Source: Polyangiales bacterium
GTDB lineage: Bacteria; Myxococcota_A; Polyangia; Polyangiales; Houyiibacteriaceae
DNA: 64,000 bases
Direction: 5' to 3'
Assembly (NCBI GenBank): GCA_965227405.1
Contig: OZ245758.1
Coordinates: 4,203,267-4,267,266, forward strand
Position numbers and translations under genes: made by a program. Every line of letters starts with the position of its first letter. The first letter of the stretch is position 1. Shown piece after piece: positions 44,227-53,205 of the stretch. Below the pieces are notes generated by a model. The model was not told the origin of the DNA and did no database searches. It saw only the letters and a program-made list of their open reading frames with translations.

Positions 44227-45300
44227 ATGCTCCGATCTTGGCTCATGTTGGCACTCGTTTGTTCGTCGAGCGGCTGCTTTCTGGTTCACACGGGTGCGGA
44301 TGAAGAGCCGCTTCCCGGAGACGGAGGCGTGCGTCCGGATTCGGCGACCACGGATGTGCATACAGTCGATGCAGGGATGTGTCGTGAAGGCGATGGGTCG
44401 GTGGTGGCTCTTGCCTGCCCTCCAACCGCGGCACCGGGCGAGATCGTGCGTGTGGTCGCCACCAACCAACACCATGGTTGTTGTTCGTCAGGCGAGTCTC
44501 GGGTGAATGTCTCGAACCGGGGAACGACATGGTCGCTCGATGCAGAGTGGACCGTGTGTGATTGTTGCGACGGGTGTCGATGTGTGGGTCCAACCGAAGA
44601 CACCGTTGTCGAACTCGGACCCTTATCTCCCGGGCGACACCGCGTGACCACCGACGGTGGGGCGGAGTGCACAATCGTCGTCGAGGACGATGCACGTCGA
44701 TGCGAGCCGATGGACGCAAACTTGGTTCGCACCCAGCGCGTGGTGTTCGAAGGACAACAACTTGGATTTTCGTTGGTTCAAGAGGACGTGAGTTGCGGTT
44801 GTCAGCCACGTCTCCAATCGATTCTTGATGACGCGTTCGCGGCCGATCTTTGCAACTGTTGTGATGAGTGTTTCTGCATCGATCCGCCCTACGCAGTTTC
44901 GTATCTGGGACCGCCGCCGGAACTTCCGCCCGTGACGATCAACGACTTCACGTTACCGACTGAGTTTCGAAGCGTAGATTCCTGCCGCGCCGTCGAACCC
45001 ACGGGCTTGCGTATTGAGGCGCCCGAAGCACCGGTCACCCGTGACGGTCCCGCGATCTGGTGGGCGGTCGTATCCGGAATGCAGACCGTGTGCTGCGTCG
45101 AGCCCTTCGGCGGGGTGATCGAGAGTCACGATGACGGTCCGGGTCGCGGACTCGAGTTGCTCTCGTGCGTGGACTTCGACTGTGATTGTGTGGGCTCCCC
45201 GCAACCCTTTGAGGCTTGGTATCCGTTGGGAGAACTTCCTTCTGGTAGCTCCCATTATATTTACGCAGGCCGGCACGAAGTGACGTTTGACGTGCGCTGA
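44227..45300 (+). CDS. Cys-rich lipoprotein with three ~100-aa modules ending in CxCCDxCxC-type clusters
   Basis: ATG 44227 gives MLRSWLMLALVCSSSGC. The clusters are VCDCCDGCRCVGP, LCNCCDECFCIDP and the degenerate SCVDFDCDCVGSP. Confidence 0.65.
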   Translation: MLRSWLMLALVCSSSGCFLVHTGADEEPLPGDGGVRPDSATTDVHTVDAGMCREGDGSVVALACPPTAAPGEIVRVVATNQHHGCCSSGESRVNVSNRGTTWSLDAEWTVCDCCDGCRCVGPTEDTVVELGPLSPGRHRVTTDGGAECTIVVEDDARRCEPMDANLVRTQRVVFEGQQLGFSLVQEDVSCGCQPRLQSILDDAFAADLCNCCDECFCIDPPYAVSYLGPPPELPPVTINDFTLPTEFRSVDSCRAVEPTGLRIEAPEAPVTRDGPAIWWAVVSGMQTVCCVEPFGGVIESHDDGPGRGLELLSCVDFDCDCVGSPQPFEAWYPLGELPSGSSHYIYAGRHEVTFDVR

Positions 45301-45390
45301 ACTTCTATTTATCGGTCGTCGCGTGGCCTACGTCTCCGGCCTGCGGCCTCCGACTTCACCGCCTTCGGCGTACGGCCACGCTCCTCCCTT

Positions 45391-45430
45391 GGGGAGGGTT
45401 TAGCAACCCTCCCCCCGAACTTCGTTCGGG
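45391..45430. repeat. two abutting perfect hairpin-forming inverted repeats
   Basis: GGGGAGGGTT-tagc-AACCCTCCCC (45391-45414) and CCCGAAC-ttc-GTTCGGG (45414-45430), both verified by hand. They lie 90 nt downstream of the stop at 45300. No U-tract follows. Confidence 0.6.
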
Positions 45431-45477
45431 ACCCCCCTCCAAGCACGCGCTTTGCGCGCGTCTCGGCTCGGGGAGCC

Positions 45478-45613
45478 TCGACGTTGTTCGACGGCCAACC
45501 TCACTCGAACGAACGCTTCGCGTTCTGAGCTCGACGTTGTTCGACGGCCAACCTCACTCGAACGAACGCTTCGCGTTCTGAGCCTCACCTCACTCGAACG
45601 ACGCGTTCTGAGC
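45478..45613. repeat. 53-bp tandem direct repeat, 2 identical copies plus a truncated third
   Basis: Copies at 45478-45530 and 45531-45583 are identical: TCGACGTTGTTCGACGGCCAACCTCACTCGAACGAACGCTTCGCGTTCTGAGC. A partial copy lies at 45584-45613. Each unit contains GAACGC-ttc-GCGTTC flanked by CTCA/TGAG. Confidence 0.9.
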
Positions 45614-45883
45614 TGAGGTCCGGCATCGCGCGCGGTGAACGCAAATCTTCAATCAAGTTCGCGTTGCTCAATACGCATTCCTAGTTACTGACAACGCAAC
45701 GCGCAGCTCCCCTAGTTGCGGTAGTCAGCCTTGAGCGTTGAACGTGGCGACGCTTCGACGTGCGCGGCGCACGGTTGTTCAAAAAAGAAATTCCCCGACG
45801 AAACACGGTGTTCCGCTGTAAGTGCATGTGGGGAAGGTCGTTGAGTCATCCACGTAACAGACCTCTGCGAAGGAGTAGTCGGG

Positions 45884-48883
45884 ATGACTTATCGGAAGTT
45901 GTGTATGTGTTTGTTGGTCGTCGGTGTCGCGTGTGGCGACGACGATGGGCCAGCGTTTGATGGAGGGCTCGGTGACACGGGCATGGTCGACACGGGAGGT
46001 GGCGTCGACGGTGGTCCTGACTCCACAGTGCCCGACGCAGGAATGTGCGTCGATGAGGACTCGGATGGGTACGGCGAAGGCTGCGCCGCGGGTCCCGACT
46101 GCAACGACGACGACGAGAACGTAAGCCCGGCTGCCTCGGAAGTCTGCGACGGCGTCGACAACAACTGCAGCGGCACGGTCGACGACGGATTGGCCGACGC
46201 GCCGAGTTGCGCGCTGACCGAAGGTGTCTGCGCCGGCGCGACCGCACGATGTGGTGGCGTCGACGGCTACCTCGAGTGTGATGCGACCGACTACGGCGAC
46301 AACTACGAAGCCGACGAAACCGCATGCGACGGAATGGACAACGACTGCGACGGCAGCACCGACGAAGATTGCCCGTGCACGAGCGGAGAAACTCAAGCTT
46401 GTGGCAGTGACGTCGGAGCCTGCATGCCGGGCACCCAAACCTGCGTCGATGGCGCGTGGGGTCCCTGTGATGGCGAAGTCGGTCCGATGGGCGAGGTCTG
46501 CGATGGCATCGACAACGACTGCGACGGTATGGACGATGATGCCGGCGACTTGATGCCCCCGGCGTGCCCCCTTCAGCTCGGTGTCTGCGCGGGTTCAACC
46601 CGTGAATGCGGAGGTGCTGCTGGGTGGATCGCGTGCAGCGGCATTGGAAGCTACGGCGGCGACTATCAAGCGGCCGAGACCTTGTGCGACACGCTCGACA
46701 ACGACTGCGATGGTGTCACCGACGAAGGCTGCGAGTGCGTCGACGGTGAAATGCAATCCTGCGGCACGGACGTCGGCGCATGCATGGCTGGCACGCAGAC
46801 CTGCACAGCGGGCGCGTTCGGTGCATGCGCGGGTGAAGTCGCTCCCGTGACGGAGGTGTGCAACGGGGTCGATGACGACTGCGATGGAACCGTTGACGAC
46901 GATCTGACCGCACCCTCGTGTGCACTCCAGATGGGCGTTTGTGCTGGAACCACTCAACCGTGTTCAGGCGCCAGTGGCTTCACGGCATGCGAAGCAGCCG
47001 ACTACGGTCCGAACTACGAAGCGGACGAATCCGCTTGCGATGGATTGGACAACGACTGTGACGGCACCATCGATGAGGGTTGCGATTGCATCGATGGAGA
47101 AACACAGGATTGTGGTCTCAGCACCGGCGTGTGCGAGCGCGGAACGCAGACCTGTGTCTCCGGGATGTTTGGAGCATGTGTCGGTGGCGTCGATCCCGTC
47201 ACGGAGCTCTGCAACGGTCTCGACGACGACTGCAATGGCGCCTCGGATGACAACCTGACTGCGCCCGACTGCGCGCTCACTGAAGGTGTCTGCGCTGGCA
47301 CCACACAGCGATGCGGTGGCGTCGGAGGCTGGTTGGCCTGCGAGGACGCGGACTACGGCGTGAACTTCGTGGCCGACGAAGACGGAGCTGCGGACGAAGG
47401 CGTTTGCGATGGCTTGGACAACGACTGTGATGGTGATGTCGACGAGGGCTGCGCGACGGTTCCCGTGTTGACCGACCCGCTCGATCTCGTTTTGCCGAGT
47501 CTGCACAACCAGAACTTGGTCTACATGCAGAACTTCGATGGCAACTGGGACATCGTGTTCGCCGACTTCAATACCGGCACCACCCGACGCCTGACTTCGA
47601 CGCCTGCCAACGAGCAGAACCCCGTCGTGTACGGTGACTATGTCGCGTACGTTCGCGAGGGAACACCGAACACCGTTGTCCTCTACGACCTTCAGGCAGA
47701 CACCGAGACGGTTGTCACGACCACCGAGAGCGGCTCGCCGGACATCGCCGGAGGCGTGCTCGTGTACGACGAGTTCGATGGCACTCAGTGGGACGTGTTC
47801 ATCTACGACATCGCCATGGGCTCGGCCTCGAACCTCTTCTCCGGAGGTTCGGCCGCCAGCGAGATTCGCCCCACGATTCGCGGAAGTCGTATCGCGTATC
47901 TGAGCGATTCGAGTGGAACGGCGTTCCTCACCGAGATGATCGACTTCAGCGCTCCCATGCCGATGGTCGTTGCGCAAACACCTGGAGCAACCGCATCCGC
48001 AGGCCAGCTCAATCCCATTCTCGACTACGCCGTCATCGGCTGGACGGATGGTCGCAACGTGACCGAAGACCCGCCCACGCTGACGTCGCAGTGGGATGTG
48101 TTTGGTGCATCCTTTGTGGGCGCCGATGATCTCTACCCGGGTGAACTCGCGGTGGAGACCGCAACCGGAGCGCAGATCCTGACCGACGTGGATGGGACGC
48201 TCTTTGTGTGGAGTGACATGCAGAACGGAAACTGGGATCCCGGTTTCGTTGGATTCGGTGGCACGCCGACACTCTTGAGCACACACCCGGCTACGCAGGC
48301 CGATCCCACGATCAGCGGCAACCTGGTCCTGTGGGAGGACAACCGTCGCGGAAGTTTCGACATCTACGGAACAACGATTGGTGGTTTCCCGACACCTGCT
48401 GCCGGTCAGATCGTGATCAACGAGGTCTTGGCGGACCCCGGAACGGCGGATGTGAACGGCGACGGCAGCGCGTCCACCACGCAGGATGAGTTCGTCGAGA
48501 TCATCAACCTGTCTGGTGTCGCGATGGACATCAGCGGCATGACGCTCACCGATGCCACGGGTTTGCGCCACACGTTCCCCACGACGACGGTGATTCCTGC
48601 CGGTGGAGCACTGATCGTGTTTGGCGGCGGCACGATTGTGGGGCCCTATGGCGGCGCGATTGCACAGCTGGCGAGCGAAGGCTCGCTTGGACTCAACAAC
48701 ACTGGCGACACCATCACGTTGACCCTCGGCGGCGTGGTGATCGACACGATGACCTACGGAGCGGAAGGCGGAGCGGACCAATCCTTGGTTCGTGAGCCCG
48801 AGTATTCCGGTGCGTTTGTTCAACACATGACAGTCGGTGGAGCGTTCTCCGCAGGAACGACCTCGGACGGCTTCGGCCACTGA
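45884..48883 (+). CDS. 999-aa lipoprotein: tandem Cys-rich D-N-D-C-D-G metal-binding-motif modules, PD40/TolB-like beta-propeller region, C-terminal lamin-tail (LTD) domain
   Basis: RBS AAGGAG lies 8 nt before ATG 45884. Lipobox LLVVGVACGDDD. Four ~118-aa modules carry CDGxDNDCDG motifs. The C-terminal ~160 aa (VINEVLADPG...DEFVEIINLSG...LTDATG...IPAGGALIVFGG) match the LTD pattern. Confidence 0.85.
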   Translation: MTYRKLCMCLLVVGVACGDDDGPAFDGGLGDTGMVDTGGGVDGGPDSTVPDAGMCVDEDSDGYGEGCAAGPDCNDDDENVSPAASEVCDGVDNNCSGTVDDGLADAPSCALTEGVCAGATARCGGVDGYLECDATDYGDNYEADETACDGMDNDCDGSTDEDCPCTSGETQACGSDVGACMPGTQTCVDGAWGPCDGEVGPMGEVCDGIDNDCDGMDDDAGDLMPPACPLQLGVCAGSTRECGGAAGWIACSGIGSYGGDYQAAETLCDTLDNDCDGVTDEGCECVDGEMQSCGTDVGACMAGTQTCTAGAFGACAGEVAPVTEVCNGVDDDCDGTVDDDLTAPSCALQMGVCAGTTQPCSGASGFTACEAADYGPNYEADESACDGLDNDCDGTIDEGCDCIDGETQDCGLSTGVCERGTQTCVSGMFGACVGGVDPVTELCNGLDDDCNGASDDNLTAPDCALTEGVCAGTTQRCGGVGGWLACEDADYGVNFVADEDGAADEGVCDGLDNDCDGDVDEGCATVPVLTDPLDLVLPSLHNQNLVYMQNFDGNWDIVFADFNTGTTRRLTSTPANEQNPVVYGDYVAYVREGTPNTVVLYDLQADTETVVTTTESGSPDIAGGVLVYDEFDGTQWDVFIYDIAMGSASNLFSGGSAASEIRPTIRGSRIAYLSDSSGTAFLTEMIDFSAPMPMVVAQTPGATASAGQLNPILDYAVIGWTDGRNVTEDPPTLTSQWDVFGASFVGADDLYPGELAVETATGAQILTDVDGTLFVWSDMQNGNWDPGFVGFGGTPTLLSTHPATQADPTISGNLVLWEDNRRGSFDIYGTTIGGFPTPAAGQIVINEVLADPGTADVNGDGSASTTQDEFVEIINLSGVAMDISGMTLTDATGLRHTFPTTTVIPAGGALIVFGGGTIVGPYGGAIAQLASEGSLGLNNTGDTITLTLGGVVIDTMTYGAEGGADQSLVREPEYSGAFVQHMTVGGAFSAGTTSDGFGH
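46130..47455 (+). repeat. intragenic tandem repeat, period ~351-357 bp, about 4 copies
   Basis: The conserved C-A/P-L-x-x-G-V-C-A-G codon block recurs in frame at 46208, 46565, 46919 and 47270. Confidence 0.8.
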
Positions 48884-48896
48884 TTTTGTCGGTTGC

Positions 48897-48931
48897 AGAA
48901 CTGGGCCCGCTGCTGCAGTAAGCCCAGTTCT
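48897..48931 (+). other. 10-bp perfect stem hairpin immediately after the stop codon
   Basis: AGAACTGGGC-(15 nt)-GCCCAGTTCT. Confidence 0.6.
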
Positions 48932-48941
48932 ATCGAGAAAG

Positions 48942-48975
48942 CCGCGAACAGCTGCATGCTGTTCGCGGTTTTTTC
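48942..48975 (+). terminator. Rho-independent terminator
   Basis: CCGCGAACAGC-tgcat-GCTGTTCGCGG followed by TTTTTT (48969-48974), about 60 nt after the stop of the 999-aa gene. Confidence 0.8.
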
Positions 48976-49010
48976 TGGCTTCTCAAGCGCGCATCCAGCA
49001 GGTGTTCTGC

Positions 49011-50441
49011 ATGAGACTCGCCTTGATCACTCTGGCGTTTGCGGCGTCGGTAGGCGTTGCCCAGGCGCCCACGGAAGCGTCGCCAGAAGGACAGTCCGCG
49101 CTTGATGCATCGGCTTCCGAAGCAGTTGAAGCGGCTGAGGTACCGGAAACACCACCTGAGCCCGAGGGAGCGTCGGCACCTGAAGTGTTCACGCTGAGCA
49201 ACGGGTTGCAAGTTGCACTACAGCGCGACCCTCGCTGGAGCACCGTCGGGATCTGCATCACCTACCGCGTGGGTTGGGGCGAGGATCCCGACGGATACAG
49301 CGGCTTGGCGCACCTGACTGAGCACATGATGTTCACGGGCTCACCGCGAGCGCCAAGAGGCTTCTTCGCAGTGATGGAACCGCTTGGCGGACGGTCGATC
49401 AACGCGTCGACCACCACGGATCGCACGCAATACTGTGCAGAGGTTCCCAAGCAAGCCGTCGAGCGCGCGCTCTTCTACGAAGCGGACCGGATGGGTTACC
49501 TCCTCGCATCGATCGATGAGGAGAAGCTGGCGATTCAGAAGCGTGTGGTCCTGCACGAGTACCACGAGCGAGGCGGTGATTCTGCAGGTGCCAACGTTGA
49601 GCTCGCACTCGCAGAGGCCCTTTATCCCGACGAGCATCGCTACCGGGTGATCTACGAAGATCCAGACGACATCGAAGCGATCGAACTCGACCACGTGCGA
49701 TGGTTCTTTCAGCGCTACTACACGCCGGCCAACGCCACGCTTGCGGTCGTGGGAGACTTTCAGACCGACGCGTTGCGCAACGTGATCGAACAATATTTCG
49801 GTGTTCTGCGCGGAGGATCAGCGCCTCCGTCGCGCGACCTCGAGGTGCCCGCGTTGCGTGGCAACGAAAACATCGTCGTCGACACAGTGTTTTCGCACGA
49901 ACAGTTGATGTTCGCGTGGGTCACACCGGGGTACTACGAAGAAGGCGACGCGGCGTTGGACCTCGCCGCGCGATGGCTCTCGCGTACCCTCTACGACGAG
50001 CTCGACAACCCAAGCTACGTGCGTCGCTCGGTTCGGCAGTGGAGCCTCGGCCGCTCGGGGCGGTTTTCGATTCGGGTTACCGCGGAAGAAGAAGTCGATG
50101 CGATGGACTTCCGCGAAACCATTGAGGCCGCCGTGCGAAAGTTGCAGGCGGAACCACTTCCTGCTGATGAGTTCGCCGATCTGCTCGCGCGTCACCTAGG
50201 CAACTTGCGCGTCTCGTTTGACCGTCCGAGAGCTCGAGCGTCTCACATGTCGAACACGGGTGCGAACGGCCAGGTCCGTTCCGTCGAGGACAACATTGCT
50301 CGCTTCGAGACGATCACACCGCAAGACGTTCATCGTGCGGTTCGACGTTGGCTCCCGCTCAATCGTCGCGTGCGCCTGTTGCGCAACTTCTTTCGATACG
50401 CCTCGCGTGCCGGGGACGTGCGACTTCGACGAGGCAACTGA
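49011..50441 (+). CDS. M16 (pitrilysin/insulinase) family zinc peptidase, catalytic subunit
   Basis: ATG 49011 gives MRLALITLAFAASVGVAQA (signal peptide). Inverted zinc motif HLTEH (HxxEH). Confidence 0.85.
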   Translation: MRLALITLAFAASVGVAQAPTEASPEGQSALDASASEAVEAAEVPETPPEPEGASAPEVFTLSNGLQVALQRDPRWSTVGICITYRVGWGEDPDGYSGLAHLTEHMMFTGSPRAPRGFFAVMEPLGGRSINASTTTDRTQYCAEVPKQAVERALFYEADRMGYLLASIDEEKLAIQKRVVLHEYHERGGDSAGANVELALAEALYPDEHRYRVIYEDPDDIEAIELDHVRWFFQRYYTPANATLAVVGDFQTDALRNVIEQYFGVLRGGSAPPSRDLEVPALRGNENIVVDTVFSHEQLMFAWVTPGYYEEGDAALDLAARWLSRTLYDELDNPSYVRRSVRQWSLGRSGRFSIRVTAEEEVDAMDFRETIEAAVRKLQAEPLPADEFADLLARHLGNLRVSFDRPRARASHMSNTGANGQVRSVEDNIARFETITPQDVHRAVRRWLPLNRRVRLLRNFFRYASRAGDVRLRRGN

Positions 50442-51844
50442 TGCGCACCTCACTATCCTTGTTTCTCTTCGCAACGATGCTGGCGTGTCGCGCTTCGCTC
50501 CCCGACCCGACCTATCCCTTGGTGGCATCCCCCACGGACGGGTTGCCCGAACAAGCTCCACCGATCGGAGACCTTGCGCTACCCGAGTTCGCCGAGCCTC
50601 AAGTATTCGCGATCGAAGGGGGGCCGACGTTGTGGGTCGTACCCAATCCGAACACGGCCGAGGTCTCGATCGAAGTGGTGACACGACGAGGAGAAGACGG
50701 CGCACATTCCATCCCCCTGGTTCGAGTCACTGCGGCGGAGATGCAGTATGCACTCGGCGACCTCCTGCCATCGACGACTCCCGGTTCCGGTGCGAGTATT
50801 CGCGACGCCCATCTGACTGTGAACGTGGGTGAGGGCGATGTGGACGAAGCGTTGAACGCGCTCGGGCAGGTGCTCGCAAACGGACGGCTTCCATCGGATG
50901 ACGACCTGGAGCGCCACAGCTTCAACCGCATTCAGGCTCTTGAGGGCGCCGAGTATTCGTCCATCAGTTCGGCCTGGTACGCGACTCTGGATCAACGTCG
51001 AGGTGGGGACTACGCAGTCGGGCGTGCACACCTGCCGTTGAAGGAGCGGTATGAATCCTTTGGCCGCGACGAGATCGTCGCCTGTCGAGACGAGCGCTGG
51101 GCTCCAACCGACACACTCGTGACCGTGATCGGGAATGTCTCACCGACCGACGTTGCGGAGACGTTTCGTGCGGTGTTTGGTTCGTGGACAACGTCTCGAC
51201 CACGACTCGAAGCACCACCCCGTCCAAACAGGCCACCGCGCGCAGCCGCCATGAGTCGCGGCACCACCAGCGAGCGGGTTCATGTGCTGTACACGCACCA
51301 CGCTCCCGACATCGCGGATCCAGCACGTGAACCGTTTGAGTTGCTTGTCGAGTTACTCGGCGGTGTCTTCAGCTCGCAGCTCAACGCATTGCGAGAACAA
51401 CACGCGTACACCTACGGTGCGCATGCGTACATCAGCGCGAACGAGCTCCGGGACCTGCTTGTGATACGCGCCGACTTTGAGCCGAGAAACGTCCGCGACA
51501 GTCTGACCACACTCTTCGCGGAGATGACCGCGTTCAGGTCCGAGCCGCGCACACGCGACCAAATCTCGCTGGGGCGTCATCGCATTTGGGCGAACTTGGT
51601 GTACATCTCCGACGGTCTCTCGTACCGGTCGATCCTGCGTCGAAGTTGGACGTCGCAACTGACGCTCGCGGAGATTCACCAGCGTTATGCCTCATTGGCC
51701 GATCTGACGCCGGAGGCGCTCAAGGAAGTGGCCGCGCAGCACTTGGCTCCACGGTCCGGGCTACTCGTGTTGACGGGTGACTTTGATCGTATCGACGGCT
51801 TCACAGTGCGTCGAGATCGCGAGGGCTTTCACCTCGTCCGTTGA
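50441..51844 (+). CDS. M16-family peptidase-like protein, non-catalytic partner
   Basis: ATG 50441 overlaps the upstream stop (TGATG). It has M16-like length and architecture, but I saw no HxxEH motif. The signal is MRTSLSLFLFATMLAC. Confidence 0.7.
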   Translation: MRTSLSLFLFATMLACRASLPDPTYPLVASPTDGLPEQAPPIGDLALPEFAEPQVFAIEGGPTLWVVPNPNTAEVSIEVVTRRGEDGAHSIPLVRVTAAEMQYALGDLLPSTTPGSGASIRDAHLTVNVGEGDVDEALNALGQVLANGRLPSDDDLERHSFNRIQALEGAEYSSISSAWYATLDQRRGGDYAVGRAHLPLKERYESFGRDEIVACRDERWAPTDTLVTVIGNVSPTDVAETFRAVFGSWTTSRPRLEAPPRPNRPPRAAAMSRGTTSERVHVLYTHHAPDIADPAREPFELLVELLGGVFSSQLNALREQHAYTYGAHAYISANELRDLLVIRADFEPRNVRDSLTTLFAEMTAFRSEPRTRDQISLGRHRIWANLVYISDGLSYRSILRRSWTSQLTLAEIHQRYASLADLTPEALKEVAAQHLAPRSGLLVLTGDFDRIDGFTVRRDREGFHLVR

Positions 51845-51995
51845 GCTATTCAGAGTCTCTCCTCGTGCGTTGAAAAAACACCACGCGTGATGTCAAGGCG
51901 ACTCAAGCCTGAGCTGATTTGTCGCCGGGTTCGGTTCTTTTTCAGTGAATTCGACGTAGCGTGCTCGATCGCGATCCGCCTGCTATGCCCGCGAC

Positions 51996-52544
51996 ATGCG
52001 GTTCGAGGCCGATGCTGTGATCCCCAAACCATGCGCGATGGTGTTTCGCGCATACAGGGATCATCTGCCTCAACTCGTTGAGGGTTTGCCGCGGATTAAG
52101 CGCATCGAAGTCGAGCGACGCAGCGACGAAGGTGCGCAAACCGAACTGGTCAACGTTTGGTATGCGGCGTCGAAGATCCCGGCGGTCGCCGAGAAGATTC
52201 TTCCGGACGTACTGAGCTGGCACGACTTTGCGCGATGGGACGAGTCCCGCTGGCGTTGCGACTGGCGTGTCGAAAGCCACGTGTTCACCGAAGCGGTTCA
52301 GTGCAGCGGTCACACGATGTTCGTGGATATCGGCTCGCGCACGCGCGTCGAGATCGAAGGCGATATTCGCATCGATCTGAGCAAGGTGCGTGTTCCCGAG
52401 CTTCTCGCGAATCCGATTTCGAACAGCGTCGAACGCTTCTTCGTTCGGTTGTTCACACCGAACCTGCTGTCGATCAGCGATGCGCTCGAGGATTACCTCG
52501 AAGGCGCAGGTAGCGGGATGACGCCCGCGCCTTCCGCGATCTAG
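51996..52544 (+). CDS. SRPBCC (START/polyketide-cyclase-like) family protein
   Basis: 182 aa. N-terminal pattern F...........vw....d....l.P.l is typical of SRPBCC proteins. The family call is tentative. Confidence 0.5.
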   Translation: MRFEADAVIPKPCAMVFRAYRDHLPQLVEGLPRIKRIEVERRSDEGAQTELVNVWYAASKIPAVAEKILPDVLSWHDFARWDESRWRCDWRVESHVFTEAVQCSGHTMFVDIGSRTRVEIEGDIRIDLSKVRVPELLANPISNSVERFFVRLFTPNLLSISDALEDYLEGAGSGMTPAPSAI

Positions 52545-52547
52545 CGC

Positions 52548-52991
52548 TTAGGCAGCGACGCGGTTCGGAAGACCCACGAAGTGGGCGGTCCAGCCCAACG
52601 CCATCAGCGTCGTGATGGTGCAGGGAAAGGTGTAGACCACCTGCTCCAGCTCGATGCGAACGAGAATGTTCTCACCGGGGGTCAGTTCGTGTTCTTCACA
52701 CTGGATCGTGAAGCCGTCACCCGAGAGAACACGAAGCCGCGCGTTCACGAAGCCGCGACCCGATACCACCAACTGCACCGGCATCGGCCGAAGCATCCGA
52801 ATCAAAGTCGTCTCGTCTTCGCTGCCATCGCCGCAGACTCGAAGAGTCAGATTGGCAAGCTCAGCGGACTCAACATCATCCAGCGGAACCATCGCGCTCT
52901 TGGCGCGAAGAAGCTGGAGGTCATGGAGTAGGTCGAAGATGTGCATGGTGTCGCTAGGGGAGGGCTCGTTGGGGACCGGCATCGTGGTCAA
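52548..52991 (-). CDS. PilZ-like domain protein (degenerate motifs)
   Basis: 147 aa. The beta-barrel-like C-terminal half carries RMLRP and RVLSGDGFTI, resembling but not matching the RxxxR / D-x-S-x-x-G motifs. Confidence 0.4.
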   Translation of the reverse strand: MTTMPVPNEPSPSDTMHIFDLLHDLQLLRAKSAMVPLDDVESAELANLTLRVCGDGSEDETTLIRMLRPMPVQLVVSGRGFVNARLRVLSGDGFTIQCEEHELTPGENILVRIELEQVVYTFPCTITTLMALGWTAHFVGLPNRVAA

Positions 52992-53205
52992 CGTTGGTTG
53001 GATGTAGGAGCAACGCGCGTGCCACAGGTTCCCTTACAGGTACGATTTGAACGAGATCACGGTTCAAATTCTTCCAGGGTCCGACTGGCCGGGTGGCCGA
53101 AAGCAGTGCAAGAAGGACATCCGTGTCATGGTGCGCAACGTCTTTCTCAGCCTGGAATTTGCGGTCGATCATGAATGTGAATGAACCAGTGGAACTAGGA
53201 CACGA

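Noticed and set aside
45400-45588. 62-aa minus-strand ORF
   Set aside because: It lies entirely within the hairpin and tandem-repeat region. The Arg/Ser-rich product repeats because the DNA repeats, so it is most likely spurious.
45478-45613. Possible CRISPR array
   Set aside because: The 53-bp units are directly abutting with no spacers, there are only 2.6 copies, and no cas genes lie in the window. It is a tandem repeat, not a CRISPR array.
46964-48880. 638-aa minus-strand ORF, with related minus-strand ORFs at 45779-46598
   Set aside because: They mirror the 999-aa plus-strand gene, which has an RBS, a lipobox, coherent repeat modules and an LTD domain. The minus-strand translation is Arg/His/Val-rich with no motifs.
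52218-52231. Sigma-54-like TGGCAC-N-TTTGC element
   Set aside because: The GG-to-GC spacing is one nucleotide short of the -24/-12 consensus, and the site lies inside the SRPBCC-like coding region.
53045-53069. tRNA-like GGTTCAAAT T-loop motif within the inverted repeat ATTTGAAC-N9-GTTCAAAT
   Set aside because: The flanks do not form a T-stem, acceptor stem or anticodon arm. It is only an 8-bp hairpin in the pilZ-like/rarA divergent promoter region and may be a minor regulatory site.
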